Shown: positions 37,512 to 51,263, counted from the stretch's first letter. The stretch is DNA of 64,000 nucleotides from Geosiphon pyriformis uo1 (GCA_016748015.1 JAAOMT010000183.1:574787-638786), one strand, 5' to 3'. Notes: generated by a model from the sequence alone, not told the origin. Made by a program: numbers and translations.

Positions 37512-38894
37512 TTAATTTGACGTGTTTGGTTCAATAACTATGATTGGTTCTAGATCTTGTAGAATTTTATCTGGTTGAACTAGTATTCTTTGTACTTCCA
37601 GTTGTGGAATATTATTGGTGGATGATGATGCTACCTAATAATATGGTTTCAGTCAGTCACCATGTGTTGCTTTGGCTAAGATTTTGTTGTCCCATCTTAA
37701 TTTATAAGCTCCATTTCCTAGAATTTCTTCTATGTAAAATGGTCCATCCTATTTAGGGTCAAATTTTCCATTCCATTGTTTTTCTACTTTGGTACAATGT
37801 AATAGTACTTTGTCTCCAATTTTGAATTCAACTGGTTTATCCAGTAGTTGGTTATCATGTCATTTTTTTTGCTTTTCTTGTGACTTCTAAATGTTATTAG
37901 CTGCTTTTCATTATCTGTTTTCTAGTGTTTCTATTAGATTATATGTTCTTTTTAACAATGTTTTTTGGAAATTATCTTCTGTTATTGGTTCAGTTGGATA
38001 TGTATTGACCTCTATTTCAACTGGTAATGTTGCTATTCTACCATATACCAATTCAAATGGTATTGCTTGTGTGGTATTTTGTTTTATTGTTTGATAAGCA
38101 AATAATACTGATGGTATAAACAAATCCCATTCATCTTGGTTTTCTTGGCTAATTTTGGCTATTGTTTCACACAGTGTTTTGTTGAACTTTTTAACTAATC
38201 CATTTGTTTGTGGATGGTATAGTGATGATAATGGTTTTTTTATTCCAAATCTTTGGCTTAATTCTGCTAATGTTTTATTTACAAAGTGAGTTCTTTGATC
38301 TGATAATAATTCTTTTGGACATCTGTGTTGACAAATCAGATCTTGATGAATGAATTTGGCAACAGATTCTGCATCTGCTCTTTGAATGGCTTTTGCTTCT
38401 GGCCATTTTGTGAGATAGTCTATAACTACTGCAATATATCTGTTGCCTCTACTGGTAATTGTTAATGGTTTGATTAAGTCAATTCCAATGCAATTAAATG
38501 ATTGTCTTACTTTAATTGGTTTTAATGGTTCACTGGGTTTTGTTCTATCTTTTCTCTGACAAGCATCACAATTTTGAACATATTGGATGATGTCTGGATA
38601 CATTGATGGCCAATAATATCTTTTTCTAGTTCTTTCCATGGTTGCTTCTTTGTGAAAGTATTCTGCTGTTGGATCTGAGTGCATGTTGAATAATATTGTT
38701 TCTTTCTCTGGTTTTGTGATTACTCTGGTTGGTTGATCTGAATTTTTTCTGTTCTTTCAGTAAAGTTTATTTTAATGGTTGATAAAATATTTTGATTGTT
38801 GTTTTATGTTTCTTTGTTCTTTTTGAGATAATTTCTCCTTGAACAATTGGGTATTTATATAATGTTGAAGTTGTTGGTATTTTTGTATATTCAT
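37512..38894 (-). pseudogene. C integrase with its own ATG
   Basis: MNIQKYQQLQHYINT...MHSDPTA...CDACQ...IGIDLI...LLSDQ...HPQTNGLV...DGPFYIEE...LEPIIVIEPNTSN*. Confidence 0.9.
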
Positions 38895-38924
38895 CTTTTG
38901 TTATATTTTTGAGTTGAAATGTTT

Positions 38925-41900
38925 TTAGATTTGTCTTATTCATGATAATCTGTTGGTATTTCCATTGTCTTTTCCCTTTTTGTAATGTACTGTATAGTTA
39001 AATAGTGAAAGTTCTATTTTTCATCTGGCATGGCGATTGTTTGCAAATTTCTGTTTCTGAATTGAAGTCAATCCTTTATGATCTGTCTACACATCAAACT
39101 TTTGACTCAAGTATTTTTTCTATTTCATGACTGCCCAATAGATTGCTAAATGTTCTAGTGCTGGAATTCCATAGTTCTTTTCAGCTAGATTTAAGCTTCT
39201 ACTGGCATAAGCTACTGGATGCTTTCTTCCATTGGGTCTTTTCTAAGATAATACTGCTCCTAATGCTTGACCAAATGTATTAGTTGTAATTATAAATGGC
39301 TTGTTATAATCCGAATAGATCAGTATTGGGGCTTAAATAAGTTTTCTTCTCAATGTATCAAAAGCTTTTTGTTGCGTTTCATTCCATTCATATTTGGTGT
39401 TCTTTGTTTGAAGTTGGTGTAGTGGTTGAGCTATTTTAGAAAAGTCTTTAATAAAGCAGCAGTAGTATCTAGCAAATCCCAAAAATGCTCTCAATTCTGT
39501 GAGATTATTTGGTACTGGAAAGTTCTTGACAATCTCAATTTTGTTTAGATCCATTTTAATTCCATTTTTGCTTATCACATGTCCCAAAAATTTGAGTTCA
39601 GTTTTCTTAAAGAAATACTTGTTTGCATTCAGCTTCAATTCTGCTCTTCTTAATCTTTCAAATACTTGTTGAAGATGATGTAAATAGTCATCAAATGTCT
39701 TGAAAAACACATTTGTGTCATCTAAGTATATGACAACTGATTCCATAGTAGCCCAGTATATACAATTTCTATGAGCTGTTGGAATGTTGCTAGTACATTC
39801 ATCAAGCCAAATGGCATTACTTCAAACTCAAAATTTCCCTTTCTTGTAGTAAATGCTGTTTTCTCTTTGTTAGCTGGGTTCATGACTACTTGCTAGTAAC
39901 TGCTATTTAAATCCAATATTGAGAACCATTTCTTTTTTCTAAAAGCATCAAACAGCTCTTGAATCTTTGGAGTTAGGTAGCTGTCTCCTTTTGTTACTCC
40001 ATTCAGTTTCCAGTAGTCTATACAAAAACGGATTTTCCCATTTTTCTTATAGACTAGTACCATTGGTAATAACCATGGGCTCATTGATGATTGAACTAGT
40101 CCATTGTCTAATATTTGATTGATTTCTTGATAAATGATCTTATGGCTGGCTGGTAATACTCTGTATGCTCTTTGTTTAATTGGCATTGTATCTCCAGTCT
40201 TAATTTGATGCTGAATTATGTTGGTTCTGCCAAATTCATTTTTACTGGCAAAAATGTCATTGAATTTGTTAAGTAACATTTTGAGTTGCATTTGTTAGAG
40301 TGGGTCTAGATTCCCTATGTTTATCTGTTCCAATTGTTCCAGTTGGAGCAGATAACATTTGCTTTGTCCATAAATGATTTGTGATGTGATGTCCATATAT
40401 TCACAAAGTTGTGGAAAATCTGGAATGTAGTTTGGTAATTGATCTTCAACTTCAGTGGTTAAATATCCAATGATGATTCCCTTTGATATTTTGATGACTT
40501 TTTCAGTTGTGTTGTAGATGAGAATTTTGATGTTTTTGAGACTGTTGACTGATATGTAAAGATTAGTGAGTCCAATCTCTCCTGATTCATAAATAGTGGC
40601 TTCTGCTTCAAACAATTAAGCTTGATCATTCACTTCCCTTTTTATGGCTAACATATACTGGTCATATAGTGAAATAGAAATCAGTTGACAGGTTGAGATA
40701 ATTTCTTCTTTGTCAACAATTTTTTTCTCTGCCATATTAACTAATATGTCTATTCTACCTGTTGATCCAAATCCTTGTATTCCTCTTGCTGTTATACCTA
40801 GTTCTTCCCTCTTTCTCACTGAAACTAACTGAGCTATTTTTACCAGAAGTAAGAATATTGCCTGTGCTATCTTTTCATTTGGCTCTATAATATAGGTCTT
40901 TTTTGAGTCATTTTGTAGCATGACAATGATATTCTCTATGTATTCCACATTAATTATTCCTCTTCTAATATTGATTCCTTTTTTCGCTAAACTACTTCTA
41001 AATGCTAATTGAACTATGGTTGTTGCTAGAATTTCCAGAGCTATTTTGAAATCAACACATGTGCACGAATTTGGTTCCAATTGGATGGCTTCTTTCTCCA
41101 GATATCTCAGATTAAACCCTGTATTGTTATTATGTGCATGTTCTGGCATGATACCTTTATTATTGTCACTATACCATTTGAGTTCCTGTTCTTTAGAGAA
41201 ATCAGAAAGTACAATGTATATTTCTGGGTTTGAATCGGAGTTTGAATCATTGATATTTTTGTTGTCATATTAAGCAGAGCTAGAACCAGTGTTTTTATTG
41301 TTATCATTGTTGAAGTTTGAATTGGGATTGAAAACTGATTCTAATTTTGATGCACAGCTGTTGATTGGTTTCTCTTCTTCTGGGATTGTGTAGATTATAC
41401 AGATTGGTAGATTGTAAATAAGGTTACACTCATTACAATATTGAAAGTTACAGAGAATTAAGCAATGTTAATATAATTAAGTATTCAACTGCTCTAGACA
41501 CTGTTTTTGTTCTTCTCTGATGGGTGCTAATCACTGGTAATGTTTGTGGAATTCTTTTGGATTGTTCTCAATGTTGCCAAAGACATTGAAAGTTTGGATG
41601 TATTTGGGTTCAGAAAGAAACAGAGGGTTGTTTTTGATTTCTAATAGTTTACTGGTTGTCACATCTTCTGTTTTTGCATATGCCATTCTTCAGAGTTTAT
41701 GTTTGTTGTGGGAATATCTTTTCAATCATTGCAATGCTTTTTTCCAGGCGTCATTAATTGGTGTTCCTTTGTGTACCCAGTTGTTTATCAGGATGATATA
41801 CTGGTATGTTTTGTTGCACATTCCTCTGTGCCCAAAAATGTCATTCCATATTCCTTCATCAGGTAAGATAGTTCTACATGCAAAACAGAGTTGGTTATCC

Positions 41901-44900
41901 CATTTTCCTTGTTGTTTTGGTCATCCAAAGCACTTTATGATGCATAGATGGCAGTAGAATCTTGTGGCTGTGGAGTATTCTTTGTCATCGTCACAGCATA
42001 CATCTATTAATGACAATTTCTTGTCACAATTGATGCATACCAATTTTGGTCGGCAATAGCCAGATGGCTGTAGTAAAGTGTAAGCATATGGACTATAAGT
42101 GTTGTTGGTGGGTGTTGTTTCCTTTTCTTTTTCTTTTTCCTTTCCTTTATTATTATCTTCTTTCCATTCCCAAGTTAGTTTGTTTTAATCATTGTCAATT
42201 TTCCAGGCTTGATCAGTATTCCAAGTAAGTTCAGTCTTCTTCTGTTTTTCTTTGCTGTTGTCATTTCAAGAAAAGATAGGCAGTAGTTTGTTGTCTTCAT
42301 TGGCCCAGGACACTTGATAAGCTTCCAAGGTAGGTTTCTCTTTCTCTTCTTTCTCGAACTCAATAAGTGGTACTGGCATATTGGTCAGTTTGAAGTGATC
42401 ACATGTGGCTGGTACATGTGTGTGTCAACTGTTCTGGCTAATTTAAAGCTCTTGTATATTCCAATCAAGCAATGCATTGGTTTTAAATAGCCAATCATTA
42501 CCAACAAATACTTGGTACTGAGTTGCTTCTATTACAAGAACTTTGATGGATATGATAATGCTGTTGATTTCAATAGGTAAGTCATTTATTTCGCTGATCA
42601 GAGTCTTTGTTACTCTATTAGCTGTTATGATTTTGGCACCAGCAGTTTGATCAACTCGGTGACCTAATTGGTCTATGAGTTGTTTTGTAATGATACTGCC
42701 AGCTGATCTGCTGTCTAGAATTATTTTGATGGGGTGGCCATTGACTTTGGCATCAGTGTACATGGCAGTAATGGGTTTTTCCTTAAGAGCAGTTCCACTA
42801 AACAGCAGTGTGGTTGACAGTTTCTCGAGTTCAAATGAGAAGATAGTGTCCAGTGATTTGTTCTCAGTAATGGTAGCTAGGGGAATATTGCTGGTAAGTG
42901 TTAATTGTTGGTTGGTTTCTAGATTATTGGGTTGGATGTCATCTGGGGTAATCAGAAGACTTAAATAGTTCTGAGAATTTGGGTTTTGGGTGTACTCAGT
43001 GCCCAAATTCTGTTGTCGAGATTCTGCTGGTAATGTGGAAGAACTGGAGATTGGTTAATAGACTACCATTGACAATCTTCAGCTTTGTTGGGTTAATCTT
43101 GGTCTTTGGGTTCCGTTTTAAGGTAAGTTCTGTGGCAGTGCTTGAATTTGTTGGGGCTGATAGATTACCAAAGGCTGTGACTAATAAATAAATTGTGACT
43201 GTGGCTAATAAATTACTGGTATTGTTGGTTGATAAATTGGTGCTTGATATACTGGTAGTTGATAAAGTGGCAGCTGCATTATAGGTAAGTAATTCTGATA
43301 ATATGGCTCTGAGTTTGGTGGGTTATTTGGAATTTAGAACTGGTGATCAGAGTTTCAATATTGATTTCCCGATTATTGGTTATTTAAGCAACAGTAGCAG
43401 TCAATTTGTAGATGTTCTTGTTTATCACAATAGTAACAAACATGCATCTCCTGTTGCCACTGTTGATTGGTCAACAATGATGGACACAATTGATTTTGGA
43501 AACAATTTGCATTTTCTTGATTATTGCATCATTGTGGAGGTTGATAGATTACATGATTGTCAGCTAAGTATCCCACTAATTTCTGATTTATTAATATGCT
43601 GAATTGCTTCAATTTGGAATCCAAGTCAGATGATCCATTCATTACTAGATTTACTGCTTGGGTGTGGTTGGCTTCTAATTCAGTAGCTTCAAAATCTCTG
43701 GCATTTGTAATGGCTGCTTGTAGATTAATGGGATGTCTTGGATGTACATGTTGCAGGATACTACTGCATAATCCATGAATAAACTGATTCAGGATTTGGG
43801 CCACTGTCAAATAATTGGCGTTGATGGCTTGGATTTGGTGTAGATTCCTGTGGAAGCGTCCTAAGTAAGTAGTGACTGCTTCAGTTTCTCCTTGCTTGAT
43901 GGTGGTAAAAATGTTTGCCAATCAGTTAATGCTATTATTATTACTAAAATATTGTAGGAATGCAAGCTTGAATGCATTGAAATTTTGGAGTTTGTTGGCT
44001 AGGCTTTGATACCATGAGTTGGTGGTATTTTGGAGAAAGTAAGAGATGGCTTGGAGGGCTTTTGTGTTATTCTATCTATTTGCTGTGATGGTCTTTTCAA
44101 TGTCATTGAGCCATATTTGGGTGTTGTCTTCTTTGCCAGTGAACTTTTCTAGTTTTGCTATTGGGGCATAGGCCATTGGATCTAAGTTTAGTTGTTGTTG
44201 TTGTGATGGTTGTAGTTATTGTTGTGGCTGTTGAAACGGCTGTTGAAGTGGCTGTTGGAGTTGTTAAAGTGGTGATTAAATAGGTTGCTGAAAGAGTGGC
44301 TGTGAGATTGGTTCAAGTATAGATTCAATTGGTGGCTGGTCGATGATGATTACTAAAGGTGAGTTTCCCTAATTAATTAATTCGGAGTTTAAATTATTTG
44401 GAGTTTGCTGGATTTGAATGTTTGGGGTTTCAATTTCTAAATTCTCTGTAATCGGATTCTGGTAAGTAAATTTCTGATCTTCAGCTTCTTTTTCTTCCTC
44501 CTCTTCTGATTCTGTTATTTTCCAGGGACTTGCGTTTTCAAAATCTGGTTAAGGTAGCAGTGATTGGAAACCTAATGGCACTGGCAATCATGATTTAAAT
44601 TCTTCAAAATATTTGCCATATGGTCCTAGTAACTCTGCTCTTCTTTGTTTACTTTGGAATGGGAATTGTCCAAAGGTTGATGTCATGTTTGATGTGGATG
44701 TGTCTGTTAATGATATATTGATGACACTTCCAGGCATATAATAATATGATGGATTGATGAGTGATTCAACTCAGGTTTTTTTCCAATTGGGTGGTTGTAT
44801 TTGTTTTAGTGTTACTGCTGAGATTTGCAATCTTCCTTTGCCTTTGTCTGCATAGATGATGGGGAATTGTTGTTGTGTATATTTTTTAATGGTTTGATTG

Positions 44901-45160
44901 ATTTCCCTAATAATTGATGCAAAACTGTAGTTTCTTGGTAAGCTGGTATGTTGAAATAATTCTGTATAGAAGTTTTCCCTTGCTGATTTAATATTAACTG
45001 TTCCTCCTAAGCAATCTGTGATTTTATCATTGACATAGAAGTTAAAGGCTGATTCTGCTGGGAAATAATTATTGTTCAATCTTAATTGTTGACTGTACTG
45101 TTGAAACAAGAATTTGGCAAATTCTAAATGGTTTGTCCCTATGATTTCTGATTCTGTCAC
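38925..45160 (-). pseudogene. pol: C gag-PR-Cys-dUTPase-RT-RNase H polyprotein
   Basis: Gag capsid and CCHC; PR IILDSRSAGSII; dUTPase TGFNLRY, RSSLAKKG, KIAQAIF, ARGIQGFGSTG (~40755-41150); RT YLDD; RNase H ending IRQI-TAA. Confidence 0.93.
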
Positions 45161-45204
45161 TTTTGGATGATTGTTGATGGTGCTGGTTCTCTGTAAGATT
45201 ATAT

Positions 45205-45220
45205 CTCACAGAAAGCACCA
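45205..45220 (-). promoter_or_regulatory. Primer-binding site of C
   Basis: TGGTGCTTTCTGTGAG, 2 nt after the 5' LTR. Confidence 0.85.
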
Positions 45221-45222
45221 AA

Positions 45223-46112
45223 TGTTATAGATGATTATTTGGGGTCTCAAGTCAAATAACAAATCTGTAACTTGGTACTTGGTTGGTCTTATGGGTTTGA
45301 TATCTAAAGGTTTTGTAGTGGAATTTTTTGTATAATGGACAGAAATTTAATAACAATGTAGTTGGTTGGTAAGTTGTTTTCTCAATTTTTGTTTTCAGCA
45401 TGGTGGCTGGTTTATTTTGGCAGTTGTGTCCTTCTGGTAAGCTATTCATTAATATATATATGATTCTACTTTTATTTCTGGGTCTTTTATCAAGCTATCC
45501 ATGACATTAATAACTTAGTGCTTTAATTCCTAATCAATTAGTATACAACAATAAAATCAAAGAAAAGAAAATAAAAGAAATAAAAAAATGAGCCAAGGCA
45601 ATGCACAAGTTAGTATTCCGTCAATAGCCATGATCAAGAGCTATTGTTCTAGTATGGTTAAGTGTCAATAACTATTAACATGAAGTGTTGATGGTAAAAA
45701 GTGAATATTGGGATATTGAATAATTATTTTATTAATATTTTCAATGTGGAAGGTGGCTTAGATTAAATCTAAACTTAGAGGTCTCTAACTAAAAAATTCT
45801 GTCTTTTCTACTTTTAATGTTACTGCTATATATACATAATTGATGTTCTATGAGATTGTTCATATTCTCAAGTAATGTGCTATGATTTTTTGAACAATGC
45901 TCACATTGCTGAGCAATGTGCCTTAATTTTCTAACATTATTTCACATTGCTGAGCAATGTGTCATGTTTTCTGATATTGCTTTATATTGCAAAGCAATGT
46001 GTTGTGATTTTTGTCATTGCTCTACATTTCTGAGCAATGTCCTCACATGCTAAATACTATTCACTTATTGGTCTACTATTTTCACTATATCTGTTTCTTT
46101 TTATGAATAATA
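45223..46112 (-). repeat. 5' LTR of C (890 bp)
   Basis: Direct repeat of 35918-36807. Confidence 0.93.
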
Positions 46113-48864
46113 CTGCCCACTCTAATTCCTTACCAGAAGCTGTTATGCTTGTCAGAGCTCTTGAATCGGCTGAAAAAGAAGCTAACCATAGTCAAATAGT
46201 TAACATGATAATAGAAAAAAACAAGACAGAAATGTTAGAAAAGAGAGTAATACAATTAGGGGAGAAACTCTCTAAGAAAATAAAAAGTTACCTTATTTTG
46301 GACCCAAGAAAAAATAACACATACCAAACACCACAAAGATGCAACTAGGAATTCAGTAATAGCCAAAATAATCACTTGTCATGCCAGGACTTTAGAACAG
46401 AAACATGCACCTGCCATTTTTGCAAATGTATAGGACATTTGATTAGTTAATTTCAAATGTGAATGATGTATGAGACATGCGAGAATAATTATTATGCGCC
46501 ACTTCAAATGCCCAGAAATCAATACATGCTAATATCACATCAATACCCTATCACATACCAAAATCAAGAAACTTACTAGCAACAGCTCATAATAGCCAAC
46601 TAAAATTGGCATCTCGAGCCCCAAAATCAGCCTATGTGGAATCAAAATGCGTTGGTTTAGAGAAACCCAAACTGCACTGAACCTAATCAGTAAACAAACA
46701 CAAACTATCCAAACTATCCAAATTTCCAGCCAACTTACCTTAATATATCGGAAAACTTAAATCTTGAAAATATTAATGGTAATGTACCTAAAACCAAAAA
46801 TATCACCAATAACCAGAACTTGATCCAAACAATACCACCAGCCATTGTTATGAAAGATAGCAGCCTTGCAGCTATTTTTTCTTTTGAATTAAAAGAAAAA
46901 GAGACTATGTTTAATGGAGCAGCATTGAATGAAGAACACCCAATCACTGCTATGTACACAGAAGCAAAAGTAAATAACATGTCAATTAAATTCATCTTAG
47001 ACAGTAGATCTACTAGAAGCATTGTGACATTTCAACTAGTAAACCAACTGGGTTTCAAAGTTGATTGCACCACGATATCCCAAATTATAATAGCCAATGG
47101 AAGTACCAAGCTGTCTCATGGTGAAATCGACTCATTTCTTTTTAAAATTAATGGCATAATAATATCTACAAAAGTATTAGTAATAGATGCTACACAATAT
47201 TAAGCATTAGTAGGGAATGACTGGCTAACAAAAGCCAATGCCATATTAAACTGAACCACCTAAGAGCTTCTTATCAACTATAATGGCCACCATGCCAAAA
47301 TTCCAGCTATATGTGGTCACTTCCAAAAACCCAGCACCAACCAAAGACCCATCTTCGAATTTGAAAAAAATCCAGTTTTACCAGCCATCAAAACTTATCA
47401 GCTCTCATGAGTTAATGACCAAAGAACAGGACTACTGGCCATACTAACTTGAAGGAGTAAAGAAAAATCCAAATGGAACCAAGCAAGTTCATGAAAAAAC
47501 TGCCAGCAATGCAGACCAAAACTAAAATGTTTGGTTTGCAATAAGAAACTCTTATTCATAACTGCATGCAGTGCATCAGATGAAGACCCAAGAAACTCCA
47601 CCCACTATTATTGTAACTATTGTAACAAAGAAAAATATGGTTACCCAGAAAAACACAGAAAATGGGATAAAGAACCATGTCTTGCTTGTAGAAAACCATT
47701 ACCAAAAGGATGCAATTGAATTAACATGCCAGGCAAAGGAGAAATGTGTGATGCAACTTGCCAATATATAATCCTTATCTGTAACTGAGTAAGAGAAAGA
47801 ACACCATTTGAAGCAGTATTCAACAGAGCATTAAGAAGACTGCAACACTACTCACATGACAAAAATGAGTTATATAACACCACACAAGCCAAAGTAAGAG
47901 GAGGAACTGCTGAAGAAATACGACATTAGAAAATGTCAGCCAAAATAGCCAACAAAGTCACCAACTACAACATGTTTGACCCAGTGGACAAATTTCAGGA
48001 AAACTACCAATAGCTATGCCCCACTCACCAAGAGCAAGAACAGTATTTTGTCCAGATCAACACTTACTTTTGTGAAGACTGTCTTATCCCATGCCAAAGT
48101 CAATGCTGTAAAAAGTATCAATACAAAAGAGACTTGGCAAGAAAAATGGAAAATAAGAATCAGCAATACCAAAATCAATCAATAAATCAACAAGACTTAC
48201 CTGACAGTTCTGAGTCAGAAAAATTTGTAGCCTATACTAATCTAGAACAAGAGATCAACATCCAATACTTTGACAATGGGCACTTAAAGATAATACCCAA
48301 AAGAGCCTATCTAACCAATGCTGGATTCAATCTATGTTATTCAGAAAACCAATTCACAACATTACCACCTAGGAGCATTACCAAAATTGATTTGAAAATA
48401 GTGATTGAAATTCCACCAGAAATAATGGTTTAAATAGTGTCACAATTAAGCCTAGCGAAAAAAGAAATAGGCATTCAAGAAGAAGTAATTAACTCCAGCT
48501 ACACTGGAATTTTGATGGTTTTACTACAGAACAATTCAGAAAAACTTTATACCATTGAATCTAAGGAGAAAATTGCACAAGCAATTTTCCTACCATTAGT
48601 AAAAATTGGAAAATTTGTACTAGTAGAAAATCAAGAGAAATTAACACAAATAATGAGAAAAATTTATGGTTTTGTATCAACAGGAAAAAGAATTAAAGCA
48701 AATTTTATTGAAACACCAGAGAAAAAAAATGAATTAATCAGAAATAAGCAGTCAATCATGCTTATGCTATTATGGGTAAACTTGGTGGGTATGGAAAATG
48801 GTAATGTTTGGTGCTCTCAATTATTGATGATGCATCTTCTGCGTAATTTTGTTGGCTTAGTCTT

Positions 48865-49050
48865 NNNNNNNNNNNNNNNNNNNNNNNNNNNNNNNNNNNN
48901 NNNNNNNNNNNNNNNNNNNNNNNNNNNNNNNNNNNNNNNNNNNNNNNNNNNNNNNNNNNNNNNNNNNNNNNNNNNNNNNNNNNNNNNNNNNNNNNNNNNN
49001 NNNNNNNNNNNNNNNNNNNNNNNNNNNNNNNNNNNNNNNNNNNNNNNNNN
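48865..49050. other. Assembly gap followed by a poly-A run
   Basis: N run. Confidence 0.99.
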
Positions 49051-49102
<52 letters not shown>

Positions 49103-49782
49103 TAAATTAGTATTGTTAATTGTCGTGATTAAGAGCAATTAGTCCAAATCGTTAATAATTCAAGGCAGTTATGCTAAGAGCATTTGTCCTAGAACAAAGA
49201 TATGAGACAAGAGTTAATTTACATAAATTCCACAAAGTTCGAGAACATAAATTCATGATTCTGATTTCTTTAATAATTGGTTTATTTCAGAAGATGAAAT
49301 ATGGAAGATAATAAATAATGAAGAGGTATGGATATTTGATTTTTGTCTAGAGGTTTGTATCTATCTGTCTGTTTTTCTAACTTCTACAACTACTTGCTTT
49401 TATATATTCTTTTGGTTTTACAGGATTGGTTTCAATTGTCTCACTATTGCTAGCTATTGTTTTGCTATTTCTGTTATTGCTTCATTTTTCTATGTTATCA
49501 CTAGTTATTCTATGTTATAACACATTATCTGCTGTTATTACATGTTATTCTGTGTTATCCTGCATTATAACACATTATTCTTTATTATAACATGTTTATC
49601 CAACATTATTGCACGCTATTCTGTGTTATCCTGTGTTATAACACATTATCCTATGTTATAATACATTATTCAATGTTATTGTGTGCTATTCTGTGTTATG
49701 TTATGTTTTGGTCACATTTTGGTCATGTTTCTTCATAACTTTGGATCAGTTTTTCTATTCAGATAACATTATCTCTCTCTTT

Positions 49783-50304
49783 TTAGAATTGAGCTCTTGT
49801 GAAATTGTATGTATTTGTTCCTATGTCTTTATTCATGTAATGTTTGATGATTGTATTGAGTACTGTTTTTTGTAGGTTTTCGAACTGTCAATTGGTAATT
49901 TGTCCTATGTTGTTAACTGTTATCGTCTTTATTGATCTATACACCAGTATATTTGGACAATGTTGGAAAGCAGCGTATAGTCAGTATGCTGCTTTATAAT
50001 GTAGAGTCAGTTTGTTTTTTCCTATGAACTTTTTTACTTGTTGTATTGCTTCTTTGTTGAATGTTTTCTGGCTGAAGTCTTTATATGGTGTTTTCAAGTC
50101 AAGCTGTTTTCCAATTTTGTAGAACCAATATGCTGGAGGAAGTTTTTTTTTCCATTTCTGGACATTATTAGGTGCCCACTCCCCTGTTTTGGGGAGTTTG
50201 GTTTCATGAGCTAAAGCTTTTTTTATTTCTTCAAGCTTGGTGACCAAGTATCTTCTTTTATAACCTTTTTCTTATTCTTTGCCTCTTTTTTTTCCACCTT
50301 CCAC
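49783..50304 (-). pseudogene. H ORF3, C-terminal part
   Basis: AYWFYKIGKQL...KKFIGKNKLTLHYKAAY*LYAAFQHCPNIL...IGQIT. Confidence 0.75.
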
Positions 50305-51263
50305 TGTTATCAGACGAAATTAGAGATATTGCTTAGCATGAAATTACCCTTATAATTCTTATCATTTCAAATTATTACTTATTACATTAGCAAAATATCC
50401 GAAATTATCATTTAATTAATAATCCAATTTGTACATAACACAAATGTAACCTAATTGCGATGATTAATCATGCAATACCCCGAACTATGTAATATTCAAA
50501 AAGTTTGTAGAAATTTGTAGAAATTTGTCAAAATAATTGATAGTTCACCAAAATATCTAATGGTTCGCAGAAATAACTTGTAGTTCACCAAGATGTATCT
50601 TTAGTTCAGCAAAATTGTAAAAAAGAGCAAGTTCAAGTTCATAGAATAGTGTTATAACAAGTTGTATAAAAGAAGAGCTTCTTTCTTCGAAAAAATGTAT
50701 CTTACTTTAGATTTATTACTTAGAACCATTCCTACACACACAAAAAAAAATAAATATCAAATAATTCAAAAAACCAAATTCTTTAATTATTGCACTTGGA
50801 AAATCCCCAAAACCCAACTAACATTTTGAAATTGATTAGCTACCAATTTCAGTAAACTGTTAGTGACTCCAGGCCTGGATAGAAAACGTTTCCCTTAATA
50901 AAATCCTATTTCTTTTACATTTCTTTTATTTTTCTTTTCTTTTCTTATTATAATCATTAGAGTAGCCTACAGATGAGATTCCTGTAGAAGAGTTGACTTT
51001 CACAGCAAAGTAACTACACATTTTTAGTAAGCTTCTAGATGAGCAATTTCTGGGAAAGAGTTGATATTTACTACAATGTAACTACATAAAGTAACTGGCA
51101 AGGAATTGGCCATTCTACTTATAAGCCCAGCAGTTCAAATTATAGGAGATAATTTGAAGATAAATTCAGTTATTAGAGGTTCAACCACATTCAGAAAATG
51201 TGAATTCACAACAAACAGGCATCAACAACATTTAAAAAAAGAGACCAAAAACCTCTGGTAACA
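50305..51263 (+). repeat. 5' LTR of E (959 bp)
   Basis: TGTTAT...TGGTAACA termini; repeated from 55450. Confidence 0.92.

Larger units (their letters stand above)
35918..46112 (-). mobile_element. Element C: full-length Gypsy-type element (10,195 bp) with 4-bp TSD CTGC
   Basis: Two 890-bp LTRs; CTGC at 35914-35917 and 46113-46116. Removing C and one TSD copy restores D gag in frame (ERVCSAHSNSLPEA). Confidence 0.96.
33535..48767 (+). mobile_element. Element D: distinct Gypsy family; 5' LTR-gag-PR-Cys-dUTPase, split by C and cut by H
   Basis: LTR 33535-34526; gag ~34600-35917 and 46117-46800; PR FILDSRSTRSIV; dUTPase NAGFNL, EVINSSYTG, KIAQAIFLP (~48290-48685). Confidence 0.87.
48768..50304 (-). 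mobile_element. Element H: 3' end of a further family (3' LTR 48768-49768, PPT, ORF3), cut by E
   Basis: On the minus strand, GAGCTCAATTCTAAAAAGAGAGAGATAA|TGTTATC marks the PPT/LTR junction. The left boundary is inferred from decayed TATTAT and the abrupt end of D coding sequence. Spans an N gap. Confidence 0.72.
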
